Shown: positions 9,800 through 19,357, counted from the stretch's first letter. The stretch: 64,000 nucleotides of DNA from Acidimicrobiales bacterium (GCA_035532075.1 DATKRV010000021.1:1887-65886); one strand, 5' to 3'. The notes: generated from the sequence alone by a model not told the origin. Numbers and translations: made by a program.

Positions 9800-10897
9800 A
9801 TGCCGCCATCACTGGACTACCTTCAATCCGTGGCTGAAAACGACCGACTCGAAGAATTTGAACGAGAATACGAAGAGGTCCTTTCTGAGCTGAGTCAGCC
9901 CGATGTCGCAGGTGACCGAAAGCGATTTCTCGATCTGTCGCGTCGGCACAAGCAGCTCGTGACAATCGTCAATGCCGGACATCTCCTGCAGGGAGCGAAA
10001 GGGAACGTCGAAGCCGCCAAGGAGATGTTCGAGCAGAGCCAGGGCGATGAGCGCGAGCTCGCGCGCGTCGAGCTGAACGAGTCGGAGACGGCGCTCGCCG
10101 AGGCCGAAGAACAGTGGCGACTCCTGCTTGTCCCATCTGATCCAAATGATGGACGGAACGTCATCATTACGATCCGTGGCACCGAGGGTGGCGAGGAGGC
10201 AAACCTCTTTGCCAAGGATCTCTACGAGATGTACCTCCGCTATGCGCAGGTGCGCCTCTGGAGGTCCGAGACGCTCGGGCTGCAGGTCTCTGACCTTGGA
10301 GGAATCGACGAGGTGACCTTCCTCGTCAAGGGTGAGGACGCCTGGCAACGTCTCAAGCTCGAAGGTGGCACGCACCGTGTGCAGCGTGTTCCCGCGACCG
10401 AATCTCAGGGACGCGTGCATACCAGCGCCGCGACGGTCACCGTGTTGCCAGAGGCGGATGAGGTCGAGGTCGAGATCAATATGTCAGAGCTCCGCGTCGA
10501 CGTGTATCGCAGCACCGGTCCTGGCGGGCAGTCCGTGAACACAACCGACTCAGCCGTGCGGATCACCCACCTCCCGACAGGACTCGTCGTCGCCATGCAA
10601 GATGAGAAGAGTCAGATCCAGAACCGCGCCAAGGCTCTCCAGGTGTTGCGCGCCCGACTTCTCAAGCTTGAGCAGGACCGCGTCGCCAAAGAGACCTCAA
10701 AGGCAAAGCGCGACCAGGTCGGTGGTGGCGGAAGATCCGAGAAGATCCGCACCTACAACTTCAAAGACAACCGGGTCACCGATCACCGCATCGGACTTAC
10801 GCTTTACAAGCTCGATCGAGTACTTCAGGGCGAACTCGACGAACTCGTTGACGCCCTGCTTGCCGACGAGCGCGCGCGCCAACTTGGTGAGGGCTGA
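9800..10897 (+). CDS. prfA: Peptide chain release factor 1
   Basis: 365 aa with the RF1 P-x-T tripeptide (RVPATES) and GGQ motif (GPGGQSVNTT). Confidence 0.96.
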   Translation: MPPSLDYLQSVAENDRLEEFEREYEEVLSELSQPDVAGDRKRFLDLSRRHKQLVTIVNAGHLLQGAKGNVEAAKEMFEQSQGDERELARVELNESETALAEAEEQWRLLLVPSDPNDGRNVIITIRGTEGGEEANLFAKDLYEMYLRYAQVRLWRSETLGLQVSDLGGIDEVTFLVKGEDAWQRLKLEGGTHRVQRVPATESQGRVHTSAATVTVLPEADEVEVEINMSELRVDVYRSTGPGGQSVNTTDSAVRITHLPTGLVVAMQDEKSQIQNRAKALQVLRARLLKLEQDRVAKETSKAKRDQVGGGGRSEKIRTYNFKDNRVTDHRIGLTLYKLDRVLQGELDELVDALLADERARQLGEG

Positions 10898-10904
10898 GTG
10901 ACCT

Positions 10905-11804
10905 GTGACCGAGCGTCAGCACCAACCGACCTGGCGGAGTGAACTTTCGCGTATCTCGACGCGACTCGGTGCGATCCACGAGGCGCGGATTCTCCTCGAG
11001 GAGGTCGCCGGAGTAGATTTTGCGACGCTCGTCACCCGTCTCGACGAAACGATTCCATTCCGGGACATTGAACATCTCGAGCAGCTCCTCCAGTCGCGCC
11101 TCGCTGGGGTTCCGTTGCAACATATCGTTGGTCACTGGCCGTTTCGCAACGTGGAACTCCTTGTCGACCGGCGAGCGCTGATTCCGCGCCCGGAGACCGA
11201 ACAGGTTGTCGCCTTCGCTCTCGCGGAGCTGGCGCGCATACGGGCCCGCGAGGGCATAGCCGACCGTTCCAAACGACTGCGCGTCGTCGACCTTGGCACA
11301 GGATCGGGTGCAATCAGTTGCGCGATCGCCGATGAAGACGAGTTCACTGAGGTCATTGCGGTCGACTCCTCGCAGGACGCGCTTGGTCTCGCGGCCCTGA
11401 ACATCGCGCGTCTGCGCGAGAGTGCAAGTCGTCGTGTCGAGCTCTTGCGCGGCAGCTGGTACGAGCCGTTGGCTGATATCGAAGTTGGCTCGGTCGACTG
11501 TGTTATTTCAAATCCTCCCTATCTCCGTGAGGATGAATGGCAACACCTTGACCCGGGTGTGCGTGATCACGATCCCTATCGTGCGCTCGTCTCCGGGACG
11601 AGCGGACTCGAGGATCTCGAGAGGATCATCACGACAGCTCCGCGGTTCTTGGCCGAGCAAGGAGCGCTCATCTGTGAGATTGGAGAGACCCAGTCAGAGG
11701 CGGTGCGCGAACTCTCCGGGTTCGCGGGTTTTCTCGAAGTCGAGGTGAGAAAGGACCTCGCAGGACGTGACCGCATCCTCATTGCACGGAGTCCTCATGG
11801 TTGA
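10905..11804 (+). CDS. prmC: Release-factor glutamine N5-methyltransferase (HemK/PrmC)
   Basis: 299 aa with a SAM-binding site (VDLGTGSGAI) and the catalytic NPPY motif (ISNPPYL). It lies directly downstream of prfA. Confidence 0.9.
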   Translation: MTERQHQPTWRSELSRISTRLGAIHEARILLEEVAGVDFATLVTRLDETIPFRDIEHLEQLLQSRLAGVPLQHIVGHWPFRNVELLVDRRALIPRPETEQVVAFALAELARIRAREGIADRSKRLRVVDLGTGSGAISCAIADEDEFTEVIAVDSSQDALGLAALNIARLRESASRRVELLRGSWYEPLADIEVGSVDCVISNPPYLREDEWQHLDPGVRDHDPYRALVSGTSGLEDLERIITTAPRFLAEQGALICEIGETQSEAVRELSGFAGFLEVEVRKDLAGRDRILIARSPHG

Positions 11805-12408
11805 TCGCCCGCTGATCATGAGACGCGAGTTTGAATCGGTGAGGGCGCATCTGCTCGCGGGAGAGGTTGTCGCGGTTCCGACTGATACTGTCTATGGGCT
11901 CTGTGTTGCGCTTCGGGTAACGGGTACGACGGAGCCGTTGTTCAAAAAGAAGCAGCGTCCCGTCTCTTTGGCCGTGCCGGTCATGGTGGCAGATCTGCCA
12001 GGGGCACTTGAGCTGTGTGACGATAGGTCGCGCGAGGCACTCCAACGTGTCGGTGAAAAGTTCTGGCCGGGCGCGCTCACGCTTGTGGTGTATCGGGGTG
12101 TGAGGTGCAGTTTTGATCTCGGGGGCGACCGGTCGACGATCGGCCTTCGCGTACCCGATCTCGCTTGCCTGCGCGACCTCTGCCGGCTCGTCGGACCTCT
12201 TGGGGTGACGAGTGCAAACCTGCACGGCGGCCCACCATGCACGACGACTGGAGAGTTAACGAAGGCCTTCGGCAGCGGGCTTGTGATTCTCGATGGCGGC
12301 AGGTGCGCGGGAGCAGTCTCGAGTGTGATCGATCTCACCGGAGCAACGCCGGTTGTTCTGCGCGAGGGAGCAGTTTCTCTCGAAATGGTGCTCGATGCCC
12401 TTGGTTGA
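11797..12408 (+). CDS. tsaC: L-threonylcarbamoyladenylate synthase (YrdC/Sua5 family, YrdC-domain only)
   Basis: YrdC-domain motifs VAVPTDTVYGL, FWPGALTLV and SANLHG. The ORF track opens at GTG 11767. I prefer ATG 11797, which overlaps the prmC stop (cATGGTTGA). Confidence 0.85.
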   Translation: MVDRPLIMRREFESVRAHLLAGEVVAVPTDTVYGLCVALRVTGTTEPLFKKKQRPVSLAVPVMVADLPGALELCDDRSREALQRVGEKFWPGALTLVVYRGVRCSFDLGGDRSTIGLRVPDLACLRDLCRLVGPLGVTSANLHGGPPCTTTGELTKAFGSGLVILDGGRCAGAVSSVIDLTGATPVVLREGAVSLEMVLDALG

Positions 12409-12480
12409 TGCCTCCGAGAAACCCCTGCTTCGCCCTGTCTCGAAGTGATACGAGAGGCAGGAGGTCACTACACTTGCGCT

Positions 12481-12924
12481 GTGCGAATCGCTCTCGGCTC
12501 TGATCATGCGGGCCTCGAACTCAAGAATCTCCTTGCAGCCCACTTAGATAGCGCCGAACACGAGCTTTTTGACCTTGGTACCCATTCTCCAGATTCGGTC
12601 GACTACCCCGATTTCGGCGCGGCCGTCGGTCGGTTGGTCGCCGCTGGTGATGCCGATGTCGGCGTCTGTTGCTGTGGGACCGGCATTGGAATCGCCATTG
12701 CCGCGAACAAGATCGACGGAGTACGCGCGGCGGTGGTGCATGACGTGACGACGGCGCATCTTTCTCGTGAGCACAATGACGCCAATGTGATCTGTATCGG
12801 TTCGCGCATTACCAGCGCGCTCGTTGCGACTGAGGCGGTTGATGCATTTCTCTCTGCATCCTTTGCTGGAGAGCGTCACGCCCGACGAGTTGCAAAGATC
12901 CAACGTCTTGAGGAGGCGCAATGA
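12481..12924 (+). CDS. rpiB: Ribose-5-phosphate isomerase B
   Basis: RpiB/LacAB signature VRIALGSDHAGLELK...CGTGIGIAIAANK...NDANVICIGSR. GTG 12481 is preferred over the upstream ORF opening at 12445. Confidence 0.9.
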   Translation: MRIALGSDHAGLELKNLLAAHLDSAEHELFDLGTHSPDSVDYPDFGAAVGRLVAAGDADVGVCCCGTGIGIAIAANKIDGVRAAVVHDVTTAHLSREHNDANVICIGSRITSALVATEAVDAFLSASFAGERHARRVAKIQRLEEAQ

Positions 12925-14207
12925 TGAACGAGGATTCAGATTCATTGATCGATTCCGATCCCGAGGTCGCGAAGATTCTGAGCGACGAACTCAACCGCCA
13001 GCGCACGACGCTGCAGCTGATAGCATCCGAGAACTTCGCCTCGCCTGCGGTAATGGCCGCGTCCGCGTCGGTATTGACGAACAAATATTCAGAGGGATAT
13101 CCCGGCCGGCGCTACTACGGCGGCAATGTCTACGCCGACGAGGTTGAGGAACTCGCGCGCGAACGGGTCAAGCAACTTTTCGGGGCTGAGCACGCGAACG
13201 TCCAGCCACATTCTGGCGCCTCTGCAAATCTCGCGGTATACCTTGGCCTCGCGCAGGCCGGTGACACGATTCTCGCGATGCGCCTTGATCAGGGCGGCCA
13301 CCTCACGCACGGATCCCCCGTCTCGATCACCGGCAAGACCTACCGATTCGTCTTCTATGGCGTGACTCCAGCGAGCGAGGACGGCTCGGGAGAGAGGATC
13401 GACCTTGATCTCGTGCGAGACCTGGCGATCCGCGAGCGTCCGCGCATCATCGTTGCAGGAACGACCGCCTATACCCGAATCATCGATCCAAAGCCGTTCC
13501 GAGACATTGCCGATGAGGTTGGCGCGCTGTTCATGTTCGATGCAGCCCATCCCGCCGGTCTCATCGCGGGTGGCGAGCACCCGAATCCCGTCGGAATCGC
13601 CGACGTCGTGAGCTTCACGACACACAAGACCCTTCGCGGACCGCGCGGTGGCGCGATTGTGTGCAACAAAGAACATGCAAAGGCGATCGACGCGGCCGTC
13701 TTCCCGGGCCTGCAGGGCGGTCCGCTAGAACACGTGATCGCGGCAAAAGCGGTCGCCTTCGGTGAGGCGCTCCGCCCGAGTTTCAAGGACTACGCCTCGC
13801 GTGTCGTGACGAATGCCTCCGCGCTCGCCGAGGCGCTCGCAGAAGAGGGATTCCGCCTCGTGGCCGGTGGTACGGAGAACCATCAGATCATCCTTGACCT
13901 GCGCGCCTTTGACGAAGATCTCACCGGTAAGGCCGCCCAGGATGCGCTTGACCGGGCAGGGATCACCTGCAACCGCAACCAGATTCCGGATGATCCGAGG
14001 TCTCCGTTCGTGACGAGCGGGCTGCGACTTGGCACGCCCGCGGAGACGACGGCGAACATGGGAGTCGCCGAGATGGCCAGGATCGGATCCCTCATCGGTC
14101 GCGTCCTGCGTGCTCACGGCGACGAAGCTGTACTTTCGGTGGTGCGTAACGAGGTGCGTGGGCTCTGCTCGGCCTTTGACCCATATCCGGGCGCCATCAT
14201 CCGATAG
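12921..14207 (+). CDS. glyA: Serine hydroxymethyltransferase
   Basis: 428 aa with LIASENF, YSEGYPGRRYYGG and the PLP-Lys motif TTHKTLRGPRGG. Confidence 0.97.
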   Translation: MMNEDSDSLIDSDPEVAKILSDELNRQRTTLQLIASENFASPAVMAASASVLTNKYSEGYPGRRYYGGNVYADEVEELARERVKQLFGAEHANVQPHSGASANLAVYLGLAQAGDTILAMRLDQGGHLTHGSPVSITGKTYRFVFYGVTPASEDGSGERIDLDLVRDLAIRERPRIIVAGTTAYTRIIDPKPFRDIADEVGALFMFDAAHPAGLIAGGEHPNPVGIADVVSFTTHKTLRGPRGGAIVCNKEHAKAIDAAVFPGLQGGPLEHVIAAKAVAFGEALRPSFKDYASRVVTNASALAEALAEEGFRLVAGGTENHQIILDLRAFDEDLTGKAAQDALDRAGITCNRNQIPDDPRSPFVTSGLRLGTPAETTANMGVAEMARIGSLIGRVLRAHGDEAVLSVVRNEVRGLCSAFDPYPGAIIR

Positions 14208-14239
14208 ATGCTCCAAAATACAGGTGTGGGTGATTTCGC

Positions 14240-15565
14240 GTGACAGACCGCGAGGCCTATGTTGTTGTTTTTTTCATCGCGATTGCCCTGACCTATCTGC
14301 TCAGTTTTCCAATCCGATGGCTCGCGATCCGGTTTGGCGCGGTTGACCAACCAGGCGAAGATCACATCCATGCCCATCCCACTCCGACGGTCGGCGGGGC
14401 GGCGATGTTCCTCTCCTTCGCGATCACGATCGAGGTCGCGTCACACATTGGGGCGCTCTCGCAGGTTTTCCGAGGCTCCTCCGAGCCACTCGGCGTCGTC
14501 GCAGCCGGACTGGTGATCTATCTCGTTGGCCTCGTTGACGATATACGCCACATCTCTGCCCCGGCGAAGGTGGCCGGTCAGGTCCTCGCGGCGATGGTCC
14601 TCGTATTCCTCGGGGTCACGATGTACTACTTCAAGCTTCCCTTTGTTGCTTCGATCATCTCCCTGGCTCCTTCGATCCTGCCACTCGTCACTGCGCTGTG
14701 GGTGGTCGGTATGGCGAACTCAGTGAACCTGATCGACGGACTCGACGGACTCGCCGCGGGCATTGTCGGGATCGCGAGCGCGTCGCTTTGCATCTATGGG
14801 CTGCGCCTCGAGTTTCTCGGTGATCTCGGGCTCGACAACATTGGTCCGTTGGTCGCTGCAATCACCTGCGGCGTATGCATCGGATTCATTCCGCACAATT
14901 TCCACCCGGCGCGGATCTTCATGGGCGATGGGGGCTCACTGTTTCTCGGATTGTCGCTTGCCGCGCAGACGATGGTCATCGGCGGGCGCACCGAGAACTC
15001 TGCGAACTCGGGCGTCGATGTGTCGGGGCTGACGTTCTTCCGGTTTGCCCCGCTGTTTATACCCTTTTTCATCCTCGGCGTGCCGATGTTTGATACTGCC
15101 TTTGCCATCGTCAGGCGCACGATTTCGAGGACGGGAGTCGCCGAACGCGACCTAGGACACCTGCACCATCGCCTTGTCCGTCTCGGCCATGGCCATCGAC
15201 GGGCGGTACTGATCCTCTGGGCCTGGACCGGCGTGCTCAGCGCCTTTGTTCTCCTCCCGACCTTCAACAGTCACGCAAATGCCTTTGTCCCGGTCGGCAT
15301 CGCAATTCTTGCCGTCGCTCTGTACACGGTCTTTCGCCCCGGGTTTGCCCCGCGTACGCTCCCTGAGCACCTGAGCCACGAGGGTGGCCCGATTCATCTC
15401 GCCCGAAGTCGGAGAAACCGGTGGAAACCCGCCATCTTTGGCCACACGGGCCCTACCCGACCGCACGCGAGGTTGCACAGCGTTGACCGGGGTTCGCTCC
15501 CGCACGGGTCCGGAGAACCAGAAAACAGCGAAGCACGCGACCATGACGATGCCCCGAGTGGATAA
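14240..15565 (+). CDS. wecA: Polyprenyl-phosphate N-acetylhexosamine-1-phosphate transferase (MraY/WecA family, GT4)
   Basis: Polytopic membrane protein with NLIDGLDGLA, the FMGDGGS motif and a HHRL motif. It sits immediately upstream of the atp operon, as rfe/wecA does in mycobacteria. The last ~80 aa form a hydrophilic, low-complexity tail. Confidence 0.85.
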   Translation: MTDREAYVVVFFIAIALTYLLSFPIRWLAIRFGAVDQPGEDHIHAHPTPTVGGAAMFLSFAITIEVASHIGALSQVFRGSSEPLGVVAAGLVIYLVGLVDDIRHISAPAKVAGQVLAAMVLVFLGVTMYYFKLPFVASIISLAPSILPLVTALWVVGMANSVNLIDGLDGLAAGIVGIASASLCIYGLRLEFLGDLGLDNIGPLVAAITCGVCIGFIPHNFHPARIFMGDGGSLFLGLSLAAQTMVIGGRTENSANSGVDVSGLTFFRFAPLFIPFFILGVPMFDTAFAIVRRTISRTGVAERDLGHLHHRLVRLGHGHRRAVLILWAWTGVLSAFVLLPTFNSHANAFVPVGIAILAVALYTVFRPGFAPRTLPEHLSHEGGPIHLARSRRNRWKPAIFGHTGPTRPHARLHSVDRGSLPHGSGEPENSEARDHDDAPSG

Positions 15566-15628
15566 CCGGCTCGGTCGTGATTTGGAGTTTGCTTCACCAC
15601 CCCTGAGGTGCGAGGATAGGCGCTGAGC

Positions 15629-15832
15629 ATGACGCCACCGCTCGGTCCAGGACTTGGTGAGCTCATCGGACTTGGTCTTACTGCCGGGTTGCTCGTTGCC
15701 CTTGGGGTGGGCGGCGGGTACTGGATTGGACAGATGACCGGTGCCGGTGTGTCGGTCACCTTTGTTGGACTTGGTGCTGGCGTCGCCATCGCCCTCGTGG
15801 CGATGTATCTCCGGATTCGGAGATATCTTTAA
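15629..15832 (+). CDS. AtpZ-like small membrane protein (putative F0F1-ATPase associated subunit)
   Basis: 67 aa with two Gly-rich TM helices (GELIGLGLTAGLLVALGVGGGYWIG..., VTFVGLGAGVAIALVAMY). It is the first gene of the atp operon. Confidence 0.6.
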   Translation: MTPPLGPGLGELIGLGLTAGLLVALGVGGGYWIGQMTGAGVSVTFVGLGAGVAIALVAMYLRIRRYL

Positions 15833-15890
15833 TGCCCGTCACGTCGCTCGTCCATCTCGCAATGGCGCCGCGTCCGAACTGAGAAGAGCT

Positions 15891-16316
15891 ATGGATCGCT
15901 TTGCCCAGCTGTTTGAGCAACTTTCGCTGAACGAGATCGACCGGCTGCTCCGTCGCACCGTGTTTGGCTCGATCGGCGTCGGCGTCGTTGCCCTTGTTGT
16001 GACAGCCGTCATCTCGCACATCCTTGTTGGGCTGGGAATCTGCATCGGCCTTGGCATCGGGCTCGTCAATATCCGCCTCGTTGCGCGCTCAGTTGCGAAG
16101 GTGAACGCTGACCAGGTCGAAAAGCCCACCCGCGTGCTCGCATCGCGCACCCTTGTCCGACTTTCCGCAACGACGGTCGTCGTTCTTGGCCTAATGTTTG
16201 CATCCGTCTCCCTCGGTCTTGGATCCGCGGGAGGCGTGGCGCTGTTCTACTTTGTGCTACTTGCAAACCTTGTACGATCCCTTCTTCGTTCATCAACCGC
16301 AGGAGTCTCGCAGTAA
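15891..16316 (+). CDS. atpI: ATP synthase protein I (AtpI-like)
   Basis: The internal ATG 15891 of ORF 15741..16316 gives a ~141-aa, 4-TM hydrophobic protein ending at the atpB start. The upstream extension overlaps the atpZ-like gene and looks non-coding. Confidence 0.6.
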   Translation: MDRFAQLFEQLSLNEIDRLLRRTVFGSIGVGVVALVVTAVISHILVGLGICIGLGIGLVNIRLVARSVAKVNADQVEKPTRVLASRTLVRLSATTVVVLGLMFASVSLGLGSAGGVALFYFVLLANLVRSLLRSSTAGVSQ

Positions 16317-17038
16317 TGGGTGGAATGCTCGCAGTCAACATCACTGTTGGCGACCACATAACAGGCAAGCTGTTCGGCCTTACGGTCAACTTCGACGATC
16401 TTCTTTCGTGTGCGGTGGCGGGATTGATCATCATTGGCGTTGGGTTCTTTCTGCGCGCCAAGGCAACATCTGGAGTCCCGGGCAAGCTGCAGCTCGCGGT
16501 GGAGTCGATCATTGGCGCGGTCGAGAACCAGGTCGAGTCCTCAATGGGGGACGCCGGCAAGCCAATCGTGCCACTCGCCTTCGTATTGTTCTCCTACATC
16601 CTCGTTGCCAACTGGCTTGAGCTCATCCCAACGGGTCACAGCCCCCAGTACCTCCCTGCACCGACGGGCGACATCAACTTCACCCTTGCGATGGGGATCT
16701 TCGTCATCATCCTCGTGCACATCACCTGGATCCGCCAGCAGGGCCTGAAGCGCTATATCGGGCATTACTTCAAGCCGAAGGCGCTCTTTCTGATCAACAT
16801 CATCGAGGAGATCGTCAAGCCAATCACCTTGGCCCTTCGACTCTTTGGGAACATCTTCTCCGGTGGCGTCATGCTGTTGCTGATCGCCGCGCTCCCCGGG
16901 CCATTCCTGGTGGGGGTGCCGATCCTTGACACGCTGTGGAAGATGATCGACGGACTCTTCGTCGGTCCTGTCCAGGCGTTCATCTTTGCGATCTTGACCA
17001 TCTTGTACTTTGAGTCCGCCCTCTCGGGTGGGCACTAG
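16316..17038 (+). CDS. atpB: ATP synthase F0 subunit a
   Basis: 240 aa with the conserved Arg helix (LALRLFGNIFSG) and a polytopic profile. Confidence 0.95.
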   Translation: MGGMLAVNITVGDHITGKLFGLTVNFDDLLSCAVAGLIIIGVGFFLRAKATSGVPGKLQLAVESIIGAVENQVESSMGDAGKPIVPLAFVLFSYILVANWLELIPTGHSPQYLPAPTGDINFTLAMGIFVIILVHITWIRQQGLKRYIGHYFKPKALFLINIIEEIVKPITLALRLFGNIFSGGVMLLLIAALPGPFLVGVPILDTLWKMIDGLFVGPVQAFIFAILTILYFESALSGGH

Positions 17039-17089
17039 GGACGTCAAGAAAACCGTTTTTCAACCACAATCTCAATAACAGGAGGAATC

Positions 17090-17353
17090 ATGGCAGCAAC
17101 AGGAATCGACCAGGCAATCCAGCTCGCAGGTGCGATGGTCGGTGGGGGTCTCGCGCTCGGCGGTGGCGCAGTCGGCGCTGCGATTGGTGACGGTCTTGCC
17201 GGTAGCCAGACGATCGCTGGCGTTGCGCGCCAGCCCGAGGCTCAGAGCCGACTGTTCACGATCATGTTCATCGTGGTCGGTCTGTGCGAGGCGATGTATT
17301 TCATCAACCTCGTCTTCATGTTCCTCTTCGTGTTTGTGCTCTACAAGAAGTAG
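17090..17353 (+). CDS. atpE: ATP synthase F0 subunit c
   Basis: 87-aa hairpin proteolipid with [12 protein letters not shown], the loop ARQPE and an ion-binding Glu in GLCEAMYFI. Confidence 0.95.
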   Translation: MAATGIDQAIQLAGAMVGGGLALGGGAVGAAIGDGLAGSQTIAGVARQPEAQSRLFTIMFIVVGLCEAMYFINLVFMFLFVFVLYKK

Positions 17354-17364
17354 GGGAGATCTAG

Positions 17365-17895
17365 ATGCTGCTTGCCAGCAGCTCGAGTTCGTCAAATTCA
17401 AACTTCCTCATTCCAAATGGGACGTTCGTATTCGAACTCGTGATGTTCATCATCGTCCTGGGCGTTGTTGCCAAGTTCATTCTGCCGTCGTTGCAAAAGG
17501 CGATGAGTGATCGCGAATCGACGATTCGTGCCTCGCTCGCGGCAGGAGACGAGGGCCGCATCGAGGCGGATCGACTCGCGCGCGAGCGCGCATCGGTGCT
17601 CGAAGCTGCCCACGCCGAGGCGAGAGCGATCGTCGAGGCGGCATCTAGAGAGGTGGAGCGTCTGCGTGAGGAGGCCCAAGCACGCGGCCAGCAGGAATTC
17701 GAGCGCGAGTTCGCGTCTGCAAAGTCCACCATCACCAATGAAAGTTCCACGCTGCGAGACGAGACCATCTCCAAGCTCGATGAGATTGTCGTGAGAGCAG
17801 CAGAGCGCGTCATCGGTTTCCATGTTGATCCAGCGAAACACCGCGAGACGATTGCAGGAGCAATCCGTCGTGCGCGAGATGAGGCAACGCAATGA
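17365..17895 (+). CDS. atpF: ATP synthase F0 subunit b
   Basis: 176 aa with a single N-terminal TM (FELVMFIIVLGVVAKFILP) followed by a long Ala/Glu/Arg-rich helix. Confidence 0.85.
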   Translation: MLLASSSSSSNSNFLIPNGTFVFELVMFIIVLGVVAKFILPSLQKAMSDRESTIRASLAAGDEGRIEADRLARERASVLEAAHAEARAIVEAASREVERLREEAQARGQQEFEREFASAKSTITNESSTLRDETISKLDEIVVRAAERVIGFHVDPAKHRETIAGAIRRARDEATQ

Positions 17896-18446
17896 TCGTT
17901 CCATCTCTCTCTGCTGTCGATGCGAGCGCGTCGGGCAACTTCGGCATCTCGTTTCTCCTCGAGATCGTCGGCATCGTTGTCGTCGGCGCGCTGATCTGGC
18001 GTTACATTGCGCCACCACTGAACAAGGCGATGAACAAGAGGCTCGATACGATCAAGGGGCAGCTCTTGGCGGGAGACGAGGCACGCGCTGAGGCGCTGCG
18101 CATCGTGGGCGAACTACGGGAAGCTCTCGAGGCTGCGAAGCTCGAAGCAGTGCAGATCGTCCAACAGGCAAATCGCAGTGCAGAGTTTCTCGTCAATGAT
18201 GGCGTCCGTCGTGCCGAGGAGGAGTACGGCCGAATTGTCAGTCGCATCGAACACGAGATCGAGGCGGCGAGAAGCCGGGCACGACAGGAGGTGCTGAGTG
18301 AACTCGGTGCTGTCGTTGTCGTCGCAACCGAGGTTGTCGTCCGAGCAGAGCTAGACGCAACAAGTCATCATCGACTCATCGATGAGGCGATCGCCGCGAC
18401 CGAATCAGAGTCGATCGACACCGATCACACCGGGGCGGTTGTCTGA
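17892..18446 (+). CDS. ATP synthase F0 subunit b' (second b-type stalk subunit)
   Basis: 184 aa with the same architecture as atpF (TM FLLEIVGIVVVGALIWRYIAPPL, then a charged coiled helix). It overlaps atpF by 4 nt. Confidence 0.8.
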   Translation: MIVPSLSAVDASASGNFGISFLLEIVGIVVVGALIWRYIAPPLNKAMNKRLDTIKGQLLAGDEARAEALRIVGELREALEAAKLEAVQIVQQANRSAEFLVNDGVRRAEEEYGRIVSRIEHEIEAARSRARQEVLSELGAVVVVATEVVVRAELDATSHHRLIDEAIAATESESIDTDHTGAVV

Positions 18447-19345
18447 TGCTCGATGACATCGTGCGGGGGTATGCGGTGGCGGTAGCCGAGACCGCGCGTA
18501 GCAAGGGTCACCTCGAACGCGTTGACGCCGAGCTCGTCACGGTGCAGTCCGCACTCGTGACATCGGACGAACTTCGTCTCGCGCTGACCGATCCTGCGCT
18601 GGCGACGATAGAACGCCGAGCGATCGTCGCAGACCTACTTGCCGATCGGGCGCTTTCTGAGACGGCGGATCTCGTTGGCTTTGTCGTGCGCGTGGTCCGG
18701 GCGGGTGAGGTGCCGGTCACGATCTTTGAGGTCGAGTTGCTGATCGGCTTTTCGCTTGGAGCTGGGGACGCGTTGATAGATGACGACACCCCCGCCGGCC
18801 GTACCGGTGCGAGGGCGCGAATCCGTGGTTACGCGGAACGAGCGTTCCAGGAGCTGACAGATTCAGCTGAACTCGACGAGGTTGAGGATGAACTCTTCCG
18901 GTTCGCTCGCGTCCTCGAAGACAATCCGAACCTGCGACAGGTCCTTGAGGACACCAACTTCGCGCGCGATGCCCGAATCGGAGTTCTCACGGACCTCCTT
19001 GGTGATCGCGTCCAGCATGCCACCCTTCGGTTGTGTTCCTATGTGCTTCGCGCCGGAAGGCTGCGCAACCTTGTTGGTGTGTTTGACTGGTTGGTCGATC
19101 TCGTTGCCGAGGAGCGGGGAAGAAGGATCGCAGAGGTGCGCAGCGCGGTGTTGCTCAGCGACGAAGAACAACAACGACTTAGCGCGTCTCTCTCGCGCAT
19201 CGTCGGCCGCACAGTAGAGGTTCGGGTGATCATCGATGAGTCGGTGATCGGCGGAGTTCTCATCTCCACCGGTGACCTATTCATCGATGGAACAGTTCGT
19301 TTGCGGTTTGAGCGCCTGCGCGATGTCTTCGCGCAGCAGGTTTAG
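18446..19345 (+). CDS. atpH: ATP synthase F1 subunit delta (OSCP) with duplicated N-terminal domain
   Basis: 299 aa with an OSCP C-terminal signature (VIDESVIGGVLISTGDLFIDGTVR). Two consecutive OSCP-N-like helical segments begin VRGYA (aa 6) and IRGYA (aa 126). Confidence 0.85.
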   Translation: MLDDIVRGYAVAVAETARSKGHLERVDAELVTVQSALVTSDELRLALTDPALATIERRAIVADLLADRALSETADLVGFVVRVVRAGEVPVTIFEVELLIGFSLGAGDALIDDDTPAGRTGARARIRGYAERAFQELTDSAELDEVEDELFRFARVLEDNPNLRQVLEDTNFARDARIGVLTDLLGDRVQHATLRLCSYVLRAGRLRNLVGVFDWLVDLVAEERGRRIAEVRSAVLLSDEEQQRLSASLSRIVGRTVEVRVIIDESVIGGVLISTGDLFIDGTVRLRFERLRDVFAQQV

Positions 19346-19357
19346 TCGAAAGGCAGA

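Noticed and set aside
15741-15890. Long N-terminal extension of the AtpI-like ORF (start at 15741)
   Set aside because: The extension overlaps the atpZ-like gene in another frame and is Cys/Arg/Ser-rich. The internal ATG 15891 gives a compact 4-TM protein.
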